Assembly (NCBI GenBank): GCA_002733385.1
Contig: NVVO01000008.1
Span: 13,686 to 59,514 of the forward strand
Origin: Robiginitomaculum sp.
Lineage (GTDB): Bacteria > Pseudomonadota > Alphaproteobacteria > Caulobacterales > Maricaulaceae
Direction of reading: 5' to 3'
Length of the DNA stretch: 45,829 bases
Part shown: in pieces, positions 1 to 10,625 of the stretch
How positions within the stretch are numbered: the first letter of the stretch is position 1
Layout: every line of letters starts with the position of its first letter
The notes under the pieces: generated by a model
Seen by the model: only the letters and a program-made list of their open reading frames with translations
Told to the model about the DNA's origin: nothing
The model's database searches: none
Made by a program: the position numbers and the translations under genes

Positions 1-111
1 AATCTGGACGCGGCCATTGAACAAGCCATGCGCCAGACCCGCCGCTTCGCAAAACGGCAATATACATGGTTGCGAGGCCAAATGCAGGACTGGGAAAAAC
101 TGGCAATATGA
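1..111 (+). CDS. miaA: tRNA dimethylallyltransferase, C-terminal fragment (gene runs off the left edge)
   Basis: Frame 1 reads NLDAAIEQAMRQTRRFAKRQYTWLRGQMQDWEKLAI*. The TRxFAKRQxTWxR motif is the conserved MiaA C-terminal signature. Only 36 codons are visible. Confidence 0.5.
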   Translation, partial: NLDAAIEQAMRQTRRFAKRQYTWLRGQMQDWEKLAI

Positions 112-249
112 ACAAGCATTTCAGATATGGTTCAAAATATAACGATAATTACGCCAAACATGGTATACATTTGGTCAAATAGCTTGTAAACCACCTGCAA
201 TGGCGCGATTATTGCACAGAACTCTAGCGGGCTAAGAGATAATAAAAAC

Positions 250-1650
250 ATGTTTAAATTTGGGAAAAAAAGTGGTTTTGGTCTGGGCTTGGTGCTTGCA
301 TTTGCCCTGAATATTGTGATGAGTGTTATCATGAATATTGCCTTGGTATCGCCCGCCTCTGCTCAGGTTGGACATGACGTCAATAACACGCAACAAACCA
401 GCATGACGACCAATGTAAAGCGTAACGCAACCAGCCGTGAAGCAAGGCGGTTGTTTTTGCAAGCCAAAGCCTTTCACGACGGGATTAACGCAGAAAAAAA
501 CCTGGCAAGGGCCAGATATTATTATTTGAAATCGGCTGGTTTGGGCAATAATGACGCCAGGGTTAATCTTGGATATTTGTATTTTGTCGGCGAAGGCGTA
601 AAGCAAAATTATAGCAAGGCCCATAACTGGTATCTAAGTGCGGCTAGAACCGGCAGTAAAGAAGCGCAAAAGAACCTGGCCATGATGTATAAAAACGGTC
701 TGGGAGTGAAGAAAGACCCGGTGCAAGCGGATCAATGGTTGAAATACGGGCGAGAAATAATCGTTAAAACTATGCAAGAAGCGGTTAAACCCGAGGCGAA
801 AGAAGCACCGAAACCTGTTGCCAAAATTGAAAAACTACCGGTAAAAACTGGGAAATTATCCGTAAATGTCGAGGATAAACCAAGTGAAATCGCCGCATTG
901 GGTGGGAATATGCTTGTTTCCGCACTGCAAATTCAGGACCAAAAATTGCCAAAGCTATCAAACGGGGTAAACCGGACAAATATCAAACCTGCAGGCTTTC
1001 GGCTGAACCCGCAAGCTTCTCAAAAACCAACCGTAAAGAGCGTATCTTTTCAATCCCGCACGGCTTTGAATTTCAGACCGGGCGCGCAAACAACCTTTAA
1101 CTTGCCGACCTGGGTCGGGCATATGCTGGTTTTCTTTTTGTTGCTGTTGTCGGTTGTGGGCAGTATTTGGTTTGTTCGCCAATATGGCGCCTTGTTGGAC
1201 ATTGCCAGGGGGCGGGCATTTGTGGCGGCCTTTTATGCTCATCACCGTGACAGTTTGCGGACGAATTATCTAAAATACCCCGAACGTCAAAATTCTTACA
1301 GTCGCATGGATGACCCGTGGGCTTTGGCAATGTGTGTGTTAATGGTGCGGTATGCGCAGGAAAACAATAAGGCTGATTCCAGATTGGGCGAGCAAAGCCG
1401 TGCAATATTGAAAGCTTACAAAACTGGCTCATTACATGTGCGCACATGTGTTTTTAAATTTGTCGCCACTCTGCAAGGGCGCATCATCTCTGATATTTAT
1501 GCCTATGATTGCGCCAAAACCGACGGGCCTGCGCCTATTCGGTATGCCCAAAAAACCAAATTCCGCAATGTCGTCAACTTACATGAGAGCCGCCCAGACA
1601 GGCAAAATTTTAATAAAGCAGTGTTGCCTATGCGGCCAAGCAATGATTAA
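250..1650 (+). CDS. Sel1-repeat protein with N-terminal signal/TM segment and one internal TM helix
   Basis: 466-aa ORF. Hydrophobic N-terminus ends ...VSPASAQV. Consecutive Sel1-like repeats are present (ARYYYLKSAGLGNNDARVNLGYLY; KAHNWYLSAARTGSKEAQKNLAMMY; KKDPVQADQWLKYG). An internal helix WVGHMLVFFLLLLSVVGSIWFV is followed by a C-terminal domain of about 150 aa with no motif I recognise. Confidence 0.7.
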   Translation: MFKFGKKSGFGLGLVLAFALNIVMSVIMNIALVSPASAQVGHDVNNTQQTSMTTNVKRNATSREARRLFLQAKAFHDGINAEKNLARARYYYLKSAGLGNNDARVNLGYLYFVGEGVKQNYSKAHNWYLSAARTGSKEAQKNLAMMYKNGLGVKKDPVQADQWLKYGREIIVKTMQEAVKPEAKEAPKPVAKIEKLPVKTGKLSVNVEDKPSEIAALGGNMLVSALQIQDQKLPKLSNGVNRTNIKPAGFRLNPQASQKPTVKSVSFQSRTALNFRPGAQTTFNLPTWVGHMLVFFLLLLSVVGSIWFVRQYGALLDIARGRAFVAAFYAHHRDSLRTNYLKYPERQNSYSRMDDPWALAMCVLMVRYAQENNKADSRLGEQSRAILKAYKTGSLHVRTCVFKFVATLQGRIISDIYAYDCAKTDGPAPIRYAQKTKFRNVVNLHESRPDRQNFNKAVLPMRPSND

Positions 1651-1753
1651 GCGGGTGGCGAGAATTTACCTGCTGGCTGCATAAAGATAGCAGGTTTGCA
1701 ACAATTTCATTTGATATTATAGGTGTTTCCCTTATGGGCTGGGCCACGCGCAA

Positions 1754-2500
1754 TTGTGCGCATATGAACGTGAGTACATTTTGAAAACTATCCGCAAATT
1801 TATAAAAAACCGCAGTGTGTTTTTCTGGATTGTCATGGTTCAGGTTTTCGTATTTTCAATCATTACACTTTCGGTAGACTTCAAGCCGCAATCCGTTGCT
1901 GGCTGGTTTGAGACATTTGCCAATTCACCCATAGCTATCCCGGCAATTATCGGAATTTACACCCTGGCTGCATTTGTCAATGCGCCCCAATGGATGTTAC
2001 ATACAGGTGTTGTTTTGACATTTGGCCCGGTCTTGGGTGCAGGAATTGCCTGGGTGGCAACTATGGTTTCGGCCAGCTTTGATTTTTGGCTTGGGCAGCG
2101 CTTGGGTGCAGAACGCATTGACAAAATGAGCGGCGGTGTTTTAGCCAAATTTATGCATCTGATCCGGGATAACGGATTTCTAGCCAGCCTGCTGGTTCGG
2201 ATTGTGCCAACCGGGCCATTTGTCGTCGTAAACTTGGCGGCTGGCGTGACCCGTATGAAATTCACCAGTTTTTTGCTGGGTACCGGCATCGGAATTATTC
2301 CGAAAATAGGCTTGGTCGCTTCCCTGAGCGAAGGCGTAAAAGGAACGGTCACCGGTAAAGGGCCACTTTATATTGCCATTGTCGTCGGTATTGCGCTCGC
2401 CTGGATGGGGATTATTTATATGGTCGGTTCGCGCCTAAAACGTAAAATGGCACAAAAGCGCGACATCGAACGGGCAGGAGCAGATAAATCAATAAAATAG
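1754..2500 (+). CDS. TVP38/TMEM64 (DedA-related, SNARE-associated) family membrane protein
   Basis: 248-aa multi-TM ORF carrying the family core RIVPTGPFVVVNLAAGVTRMKFTSFLLGTGIGIIP. The track start is a TTG. An in-frame TTG at 1781 is an alternative, so the start is uncertain. Confidence 0.65.
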   Translation: MCAYEREYILKTIRKFIKNRSVFFWIVMVQVFVFSIITLSVDFKPQSVAGWFETFANSPIAIPAIIGIYTLAAFVNAPQWMLHTGVVLTFGPVLGAGIAWVATMVSASFDFWLGQRLGAERIDKMSGGVLAKFMHLIRDNGFLASLLVRIVPTGPFVVVNLAAGVTRMKFTSFLLGTGIGIIPKIGLVASLSEGVKGTVTGKGPLYIAIVVGIALAWMGIIYMVGSRLKRKMAQKRDIERAGADKSIK

Positions 2501-2620
2501 CAGGTTTTTTTCACCCACATGTCTTGCTTTTTGTTTATAGTCCGCCCATTAACAACCAGAACCAAATTTTATATGTGCGCCCTCTCAAAACCAGTAAGTA
2601 TGCTCCTGTAGGTATGCTAA

Positions 2621-3703
<1,083 letters not shown>

Positions 3704-3819
3704 TGGGCGTCTTGATGGGATTCTTGAGGTCGTTGAATGGAAATATATACAAAGACGGGTTTTAGGTAATCCGAAACACTTTGGTGTAAATCGGGTGGGC
3801 GCAAAATCGGGAAGAAGTT

Positions 3820-4761
3820 ATGGGAATAAGCGGGTATAATCGTCCGCAACGTCGTCGGAATTTACGGCGCGGCTTGGCCGTATTCTTTATTCTTGCCGGT
3901 TTGATAATCTTGCTTGCCGATCGGCAACAAAAATCCATGCTCGCGTCCGGGCGACTTGCGGCTGATGATTTGAGTTCCAAAATTATGGGTTTTATCGCAA
4001 CCCCGGTTCGCGGTATAGAGGCTATCTATACTGGTGCCAATGCGCGCAGCAATGCTTTTGAGGATGCCGTTGCCTTGCGCAGCGAAGTTGAACGCCTGCG
4101 CGTGTTTGAAAACAAGTTTCTGGATATGCAAATGCGCGTGCGCCGTTTTGAAGAGATGTTGTCTTTTGACAAATCAAGTGAAATCTCCAATAACCGGATA
4201 ATCGCCAGATCTGTGAATGAAAGCAAAGGCCTGTTCGTACATTCTGCACTGATAAATGCAGGTAAAAACAAAGGCGTAAAACCAGGATATGCGGTGATGA
4301 CAACGGACGGGCTGTACGGTCATGTTCTCCGTTCAGGGGCGGTTTCTGCACGGGTATTACTGCTCAATGACATCAATAGCCGGATTTCCGTTATGGACCA
4401 GCGTTCCCAAAGTCGGGCAATATTGGTCGGAACAAACACCAAGCATCCCAAACTTGAATATGTAGCATTGTCGGCGGACTGGCAAATTGGTGATCGGGTT
4501 ATAACTTCGGGAGACGGGGGTGTCCTGCCGCGCGGCCTGCAAATCGGCACAGTGGTGGAGGCCAAATCCGGCGGCTATGCGGTTGAGTTGTTTTATTTGC
4601 AAAAGCCTGTAGATTTGGTTTGGGTATACCCTTTTACCCGGATCGCCAATCCTGACTTGGAAGATGCGGAAAATGAAGCCAAATCTAGTGTAAACAACGA
4701 AAATTCGCGAGTTGAAGATACGGCTCAGCCCACCTTGTCAGACCCCGGAACCTCACAATGA
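3820..4761 (+). CDS. mreC: rod shape-determining protein MreC
   Basis: 313 aa. Basic N-terminus plus one TM helix (LAVFFILAGLIILLA), a coiled-coil stretch (EVERLRVFENKFLDMQMRVRRFEEM), then a beta-rich periplasmic domain. Sits between mreB and mreD. Confidence 0.85.
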   Translation: MGISGYNRPQRRRNLRRGLAVFFILAGLIILLADRQQKSMLASGRLAADDLSSKIMGFIATPVRGIEAIYTGANARSNAFEDAVALRSEVERLRVFENKFLDMQMRVRRFEEMLSFDKSSEISNNRIIARSVNESKGLFVHSALINAGKNKGVKPGYAVMTTDGLYGHVLRSGAVSARVLLLNDINSRISVMDQRSQSRAILVGTNTKHPKLEYVALSADWQIGDRVITSGDGGVLPRGLQIGTVVEAKSGGYAVELFYLQKPVDLVWVYPFTRIANPDLEDAENEAKSSVNNENSRVEDTAQPTLSDPGTSQ

Positions 4762-5288
4762 TTGGCGAAGAACGCACAAATGATTTATTGGCATTTTCCT
4801 ATGCTCTACAGGGGCTTGGATTAGGGATTGTGTTGAGTTTTTTTGCTATGCTTAGCATTGACTTGCCGGGCTGGTTTTTTGGTTTGACTTTCTTGCCCGT
4901 CGCGGCAATTTTTTATTGGCCTGAAAAAGCCTCCTATTCTTGGTCTCTTTTTGCGGTTTTTGTTTTTGGGCTTTTCTTCGATATAGTCAGCGGCGGCCCG
5001 CTTGGGGTCTGGGCCTTGTCTTTGCTGGTCTTATTTATTGTTCTTGGCGGGCGGGCCGAAATAAGGCATGGGCTGACGGGGCATATTGTCGGGTATGCTT
5101 TGTGTGTGGTGTTCGTATTTGTCCTGGTATTGGTGTTTGGCCGATTGTCATTGGGGCACTGGCCACAAATATTTGGCCTACTGATCAATGCACTGGCGAC
5201 AATAGCGGTTTTCCCGTTTTTATATTGGCTGCGTAGCATGTATGTCACGCTGAGAGCTGTGCCAGGGCTAAGCGGGTTGAGAGAATGA
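4758..5288 (+). CDS. mreD: rod shape-determining protein MreD
   Basis: 176-aa polytopic membrane ORF. It overlaps the mreC stop and the mrdA start by 4 nt each (ATGA junctions). The call rests mainly on position and topology. Confidence 0.7.
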   Translation: MIGEERTNDLLAFSYALQGLGLGIVLSFFAMLSIDLPGWFFGLTFLPVAAIFYWPEKASYSWSLFAVFVFGLFFDIVSGGPLGVWALSLLVLFIVLGGRAEIRHGLTGHIVGYALCVVFVFVLVLVFGRLSLGHWPQIFGLLINALATIAVFPFLYWLRSMYVTLRAVPGLSGLRE

Positions 5289-7132
5289 GTGCACAGGACG
5301 ACAACAGCCAGATGATTAACCGGCGTTCGGCCTTGCTGGGGATTGGCGGACTGGGCGCATTTTCGACATTGGCAGGGCGGTTGTATTATCTACAAGTGGT
5401 GCGGGCCGAAGACTATAAGGTGTTGTCTGATAATAACCGGTTTAATTTTAACACTGTAATGCCTGACCGTGGCCAAATTCTGGACAGGAACGGCATAGCT
5501 TTGGCCATGAATAAGCAGGACTTCAGGCTTGTTCTCATCCCTGAACGGGTAAAAGATATTGACGGAACTTTGGCCCGGATAAATGCTATTCTTCCCCTGG
5601 GTCAATCGACACGAAGACGTATCAAGCGCGACATTAACAGCCAAGCCAAATTCATTCCGGTTTTGGTGGATGAACAAATTGACTGGCAAACATTCTCCCG
5701 GTTGAACATTAAAATGCCGGATTTACCAGGCGTCATACCCTTTGAAGGCAAGGCCCGCAATTACCCCCAGCACGGCACATTTGCCCATGTTTTGGGTTAT
5801 GTGGGAAAACCCAGCCCGCAAGCCCTGAAAAATGACAAGGACCCATTAATGCGGCAGCCGACATTTCGTATGGGCAAGACAGGGATTGAGCAATCTTATG
5901 ATCAGCAATTGCGCGGCAAAGCCGGACGTAAAAAAGTTGAAGTTAATGCTGTCGGGCGGATTGTACGCGAATGGGACGACGATAAAATATCTGCCATTGC
6001 AGGGAAAGATGTCTGGTTGACCCTAGATAGCGAATTGCAAAGCTATGGGGCTGAACTGTTCAAAGACGAAAGCGGTGGTGTTGCCGTTATGGATGTGGCG
6101 ACAGGTGAATTGCGTACACTGTTGTCCATGCCAATTTTTGACAATAATCTATTTGTATCTGGTCTGTCGAATGCGCAATTTAAGGCGCTGGATACAGATC
6201 CAAAACGTCCTCAGTTCAACAAGGTGATTGGCGGCGGTTATCCGCCAGCCTCTACTTTCAAAATGGTCGTCATGTTGGCGGCTTTGGCGCACAAGGTTAT
6301 CGACCCCAAAGACAAAATATTCTGCACGGGCAAAACCTTTATTGGCAATCGGGATTTTCATTGCTGGCGGCGAAGAGGCCACGGGCTGGTCAATATGCAC
6401 GAGGCATTGAAACAATCTTGTGATGTTTATTTTTATGAAATAATTCAAAGACTTGGTATGGATAAGGTCAAGCCTTTTGCGGAAAAACTGGGCCTTGGTC
6501 AGGTGTTTAACCTTGGTCTGGGTGGGCAGATACGCGGTATTGTCCCGGATCCGAGCTGGAAGCAAGACAGGCTAGGCACCAAATGGCGCACCGGGGATAG
6601 TTTGAACGCGGCTATCGGGCAAGGGTTTGTTTTAACGACACCTTTGCAGCTTACTGTGATGACGGCCCGGCTTGCCAATGCAAAAATGGCCGTGTCACCA
6701 TTATTAGTGGTCGGTGACAAAATCGAACAGGTGCAAGCATTGGATATAAATCCCGATCATATGGCAATTGTGCAAAAAGCCATGCGGGCCGTATGTGAGG
6801 AACCGGGCGGTACCGCCTATATGCCTAATGGGTTGGGGCTTTTGGGGATTGAACTGGCCGGGAAGACCGGAACGGGGCAGGTCAGGGGCATTTCTACGGC
6901 TGAGCGTCTTTCCGGTGTGCGCAATAATGCGGAACTGCCGTGGAAACTTAGAGACCATTCCATTTTTGTCGGCTATGCGCCATATGAAAACCCTAGATTT
7001 GCGGCTGGGGTTTTGGTAGAACATGGGGGTTCGGGGGCGAGACTGGCCGCCAATATATGCCGAAAAATTCTTGGCAGGGCTCTGGAGCGCGACGGTATTG
7101 GTGCTATAGACAACACAATCGGTGAGAATTAA
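5285..7132 (+). CDS. mrdA: penicillin-binding protein 2 (elongasome transpeptidase)
   Basis: 615 aa. N-terminal TM anchor. Class B PBP motifs STFK (PPASTFKMV), SxD (SCDVYF) and KTGT (LAGKTGTGQV). Lies directly upstream of rodA. Confidence 0.9.
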   Translation: MSAQDDNSQMINRRSALLGIGGLGAFSTLAGRLYYLQVVRAEDYKVLSDNNRFNFNTVMPDRGQILDRNGIALAMNKQDFRLVLIPERVKDIDGTLARINAILPLGQSTRRRIKRDINSQAKFIPVLVDEQIDWQTFSRLNIKMPDLPGVIPFEGKARNYPQHGTFAHVLGYVGKPSPQALKNDKDPLMRQPTFRMGKTGIEQSYDQQLRGKAGRKKVEVNAVGRIVREWDDDKISAIAGKDVWLTLDSELQSYGAELFKDESGGVAVMDVATGELRTLLSMPIFDNNLFVSGLSNAQFKALDTDPKRPQFNKVIGGGYPPASTFKMVVMLAALAHKVIDPKDKIFCTGKTFIGNRDFHCWRRRGHGLVNMHEALKQSCDVYFYEIIQRLGMDKVKPFAEKLGLGQVFNLGLGGQIRGIVPDPSWKQDRLGTKWRTGDSLNAAIGQGFVLTTPLQLTVMTARLANAKMAVSPLLVVGDKIEQVQALDINPDHMAIVQKAMRAVCEEPGGTAYMPNGLGLLGIELAGKTGTGQVRGISTAERLSGVRNNAELPWKLRDHSIFVGYAPYENPRFAAGVLVEHGGSGARLAANICRKILGRALERDGIGAIDNTIGEN

Positions 7133-8271
7133 TGGCCCGCTCTGCCGCATCTGGAACGCTATTTGCGAAACTCATGCAGCTTAACTGGTTGTTACCGGTC
7201 TTGATTATTTTGGTTGGCGCAATAGGCGTACTTGCCATTTATTCGGCCACGGATGGCCAGTGGAACAGTGGGGCGAGCCAGCACCTCACACGTTTGCTAA
7301 TTGGACTAGTTTTCATGGTGGTTATTGCTCTGACAGACATCAGGGTTTGGTTCACCCTTGCATATCCTGGATTTATTTTCGCGCTTATTTTGCTGCTCGG
7401 CGTTGAATTTTTCGGGGTTACGGTGAACGGCGCCCAACGTTGGCTGGATTTGGGGGTTATGCGTATCCAGCCATCGGAATTGATGAAGCTTGCGGCGGTG
7501 ATGGCGTTGGCACGGTTTTATCATGATCTGCCGGCATGGCGCGTATCCAAACCCGTAGGTGTTTTTGGGGCATTGTTGATCGTCTTTGTCCCAGTGATTT
7601 TGATTTTACGCCAACCTGATTTGGGGACGGGCATTATGTTGGCCGTGACAGGTGTGACTTTGATTTTTCTGGCTGGTATAAATTGGCGGGTGATTATCAG
7701 CTCGGCAACACTGGCCGTGATAACCATTCCCTTATTCTTTATTTTCGGGCTTAAAGACTATCAAAGAACACGCATTTTGACATTCCTAAACCCAGAGCAT
7801 GATCCGACCGGTGCCAGCTATCATATTATCCAATCAAAGATTGCCCTGGGAAGCGGCGGTGTCAGCGGCAAGGGTTTTATGGAGGGCAGTCAGGCTTCCT
7901 TGAATTATGTACCGGAAAACCGGACGGATTTTATTTTTACGGTTATCGGTGAAGAATTTGGCCTGATCGGTGGGCTTGGCACCATGGCTTTGTATATTCT
8001 GATCATCTTTGTTTGTTTCTGGCTGGCCAGTCAAATCAAGCAGGCTTTTTCTCAGTTGTTGATCATGGGTTTGACCATGACTTTTAGCCTTTATGTGCTG
8101 ATCAATCTAGCCATGATTATGGGCATGGTGCCTGTGGTTGGTGTGCCATTGCCCTTGATATCCTACGGCGGTACGGTCATGATGACGGTGTTGGCAGGCT
8201 TTGGCATGGTGCTTTCTGCCCATGTGCACCGGGATACGGAATTACCGCGAGGATCCGGTTTGTTGTTATAG
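7132..8271 (+). CDS. rodA: peptidoglycan glycosyltransferase RodA (SEDS family)
   Basis: 379-aa polytopic protein with the FtsW/RodA/SpoVE signature GSQASLNYVPENRTDFIFTVIGEEFGLIGG and C-terminal PLPLISYGGT. Its start overlaps the mrdA stop. Confidence 0.9.
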   Translation: MARSAASGTLFAKLMQLNWLLPVLIILVGAIGVLAIYSATDGQWNSGASQHLTRLLIGLVFMVVIALTDIRVWFTLAYPGFIFALILLLGVEFFGVTVNGAQRWLDLGVMRIQPSELMKLAAVMALARFYHDLPAWRVSKPVGVFGALLIVFVPVILILRQPDLGTGIMLAVTGVTLIFLAGINWRVIISSATLAVITIPLFFIFGLKDYQRTRILTFLNPEHDPTGASYHIIQSKIALGSGGVSGKGFMEGSQASLNYVPENRTDFIFTVIGEEFGLIGGLGTMALYILIIFVCFWLASQIKQAFSQLLIMGLTMTFSLYVLINLAMIMGMVPVVGVPLPLISYGGTVMMTVLAGFGMVLSAHVHRDTELPRGSGLLL

Positions 8272-8280
8272 AGGAAGAAG

Positions 8281-9552
8281 ATGAGACAGTTTTTACGCGT
8301 GTTATTATTGGTACTATTTTTGGTGTTCGCCTTAAGTAGTTGTAAGCTTGTTGACATCGATAAACCTAATAATTCACCCGCAAGCAAAGAGCCAATTGTG
8401 ATAATGATTGGTATTGACGGCTTGGCTTGGGACGCCATAGATCGACACCCCGCCCCGACTTTACAAGCTATGGCACGTGACGGTGTACGGGCTAAATCCC
8501 TGATCCCGACCATGCCGACCAAAACCTTTGTCAATTTTTATTCCTTGGCGACCGGGCTTTATGCGGACGGCACAGGTATCACAGACAATACGCCCTATTC
8601 AAAAAAATATGAGGAGATCATGGCCCGAGACATGCACGGGCAAACCCGGTGGTGGGGCGGAGAGCCGATCTGGGTAACGGCGGAAAAGCAAGGTGTTCGA
8701 ACCGCAGCCATGTTCTGGCTTGGCTCCGAGGCTAAAATCAAAGGCAAACGTCCGACCCATTGGACGGCCTATGACCATTACAAGCCCCACAAAGAACGGG
8801 TGGATCAAGTGCTGGACTGGTTGGCTATGCCTACCCAAGACCAGCCGCGATTTCTGACATTGTATTATTCTGATGTGGACTCGGCCTCTCATAGATATGG
8901 CCCCAAGACACCCGAGGAAGGCAATGCGATTTTGAAAATTGATAAAAGTATCGCCGAGCTTCGCATCGGTATTGAAGATTTGGGTTTAACAGACCGGGTC
9001 AATCTCATAGTCGTTTCAGATCACGGCATGATAAAAATTGACCCTGAATTCATGATATATCTTGATGACTATATTGATCTGGAGGAGGTGTTTATTCCGG
9101 CATTTCACTCAAGCGCAGGGCCGCATAGCGATCCATTTGTCCATATTTATGTGAAAGATGCGGGAAATATCGACCAAGTTTACAATAATCTCAAAAATGC
9201 ACACAAGGGCTTACAAGTTTATAAGCGGGCAGAAATTCCTGCCAATTGGCATTTAAACCATCCCGATAGAACCGGCGATATTTTTGTGGTTGCGGATGGG
9301 GGCGGTATGATTTTTGCGCGCAAGCTAAAGTCCAAATACAAATATGCCGCCAAAGGCATGCATGGTTATGACCGCTTCCACAAGGATATGGGGGCCAGTT
9401 TTATTGCCACTGGCCCGAATTTTAAAAAAGGGGTGAGCGCCGCGCCGTTTGATAATGTCGAAGTTTACGGCATCATTGCAAAAATCCTAAAGCTGGATCC
9501 GGCTCAAACGGACGGGGATATAAAGAACGTAGAATATTTTCTAAACCCGTAA
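8281..9552 (+). CDS. ectonucleotide pyrophosphatase/phosphodiesterase (NPP, alkaline-phosphatase superfamily) lipoprotein
   Basis: 423 aa. Lipobox FALSSC. NPP-type motifs IGIDGLAWD, PTMPTKTFVNFYSLATGLY (nucleophile Thr), YYSDVDSASHRYGP, VSDHGM and GMHGYD. Confidence 0.8.
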   Translation: MRQFLRVLLLVLFLVFALSSCKLVDIDKPNNSPASKEPIVIMIGIDGLAWDAIDRHPAPTLQAMARDGVRAKSLIPTMPTKTFVNFYSLATGLYADGTGITDNTPYSKKYEEIMARDMHGQTRWWGGEPIWVTAEKQGVRTAAMFWLGSEAKIKGKRPTHWTAYDHYKPHKERVDQVLDWLAMPTQDQPRFLTLYYSDVDSASHRYGPKTPEEGNAILKIDKSIAELRIGIEDLGLTDRVNLIVVSDHGMIKIDPEFMIYLDDYIDLEEVFIPAFHSSAGPHSDPFVHIYVKDAGNIDQVYNNLKNAHKGLQVYKRAEIPANWHLNHPDRTGDIFVVADGGGMIFARKLKSKYKYAAKGMHGYDRFHKDMGASFIATGPNFKKGVSAAPFDNVEVYGIIAKILKLDPAQTDGDIKNVEYFLNP

Positions 9553-9564
9553 AACGCCTGCTGA

Positions 9565-10524
9565 TCAGGCTCGCGGGTGTGCGCTTGCATGCACTCTCAT
9601 CAAACCGCTGATATCTACATCCGTATAAATTTGGGTGGATTTTAAACTGGCATGGCCGAGCAATTCCTGGATCGTGCGTAAATCCCCGCCCCCGGCCAGT
9701 AAATGTGTGGCGAAGGAATGGCGCAGGGCATGGGGCGTTGTGGATTGGGGAAGCCCAAGCGCGGCCCTTAGGTTTTGCATGGTTTTTTGTAAACTGCGCG
9801 GGCCGAGCTTGCCACCGCGCACGCCGCGAAACAGCGGCGCCCCGGCTTGCAATATATGGGGGCATAATTGAACATAAGCGGCTACGGCTTTGCCTATGAC
9901 TGGCAAAATCGGCACCAAGCGAGTTTTTTTGCCCTTACCTGTAATGAAAATACTGTCACCAAGCGGGTGGTCTCCGCCTTGCAGGGACAGGGCTTCAGAA
10001 ATACGCAAGCCGGCTCCGTACATGAGCAATAAAACGGCTCGGTCGCGGGCCGCAATCCAGGGGTGGTTTAGATTTGTGATGGTGTTGATCAGGTTCTGGC
10101 TGGCCTTTGGGCTTATGGGCTTGGGCAGAGATTTTTTCGGCTTCGGCCCCTGAATTAAGGTTATGGCGTCATTTTTGACATCCCAATTACGCTCAATATA
10201 ACGAAAAAAAGTGCGCAAAGCTGACAAATTGCGCGCCAAGGATCTAGAGGAGAGGGAACTGCCTGAAACCGCCTGTTGGCCGCGCCGTCTAAAGGCGAGA
10301 TAACTGCGAAAATTTCGAATGTTCAGGGCCGCTAGTTCCGTCAGTCCGACGGGCTTTCCGAGATGCTCAGAAACAAATTGCAAAAATGTAGAAACATCCC
10401 GCTGATAGGCCTGAAGCGTGTGTTCGGACAATCGGCGTTCTGCCCGCAAATGCTGGATGAATTTGCCAAAGATAGCTTCTGTAGTAATTTGACTTGTATG
10501 TGTACTCGGTTTGCGCATATTCAT
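9565..10524 (-). CDS. xerC: tyrosine site-specific recombinase XerC
   Basis: 319 aa. C-terminus HALRHSFATHLLAGGGDLRTIQELLGHASLKSTQIYTDV...HPRA carries the R-H-R-Y catalytic set. The GDLRxIQELLGHAxL stretch resembles XerC more than XerD. Confidence 0.75.
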   Translation of the reverse strand: MNMRKPSTHTSQITTEAIFGKFIQHLRAERRLSEHTLQAYQRDVSTFLQFVSEHLGKPVGLTELAALNIRNFRSYLAFRRRGQQAVSGSSLSSRSLARNLSALRTFFRYIERNWDVKNDAITLIQGPKPKKSLPKPISPKASQNLINTITNLNHPWIAARDRAVLLLMYGAGLRISEALSLQGGDHPLGDSIFITGKGKKTRLVPILPVIGKAVAAYVQLCPHILQAGAPLFRGVRGGKLGPRSLQKTMQNLRAALGLPQSTTPHALRHSFATHLLAGGGDLRTIQELLGHASLKSTQIYTDVDISGLMRVHASAHPRA

Positions 10525-10625
10525 AGAGTGCTGGTCGAATGTTAAGGAAGAATTAGGGGTTCCAATTTTTGTGAAATCAGATGGGTTGCCCCTACAGGGT
10601 TATATTGTTTAATGGTGTGATTTAT

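Noticed and set aside
9565-10524. XerC as the integrase responsible for the tRNA-Arg islets.
   Set aside because: It lies 12 kb away with housekeeping genes in between. It has the canonical XerC C-terminus, and it is not adjacent to any att-like repeat. It is most likely the chromosomal dimer-resolution recombinase.
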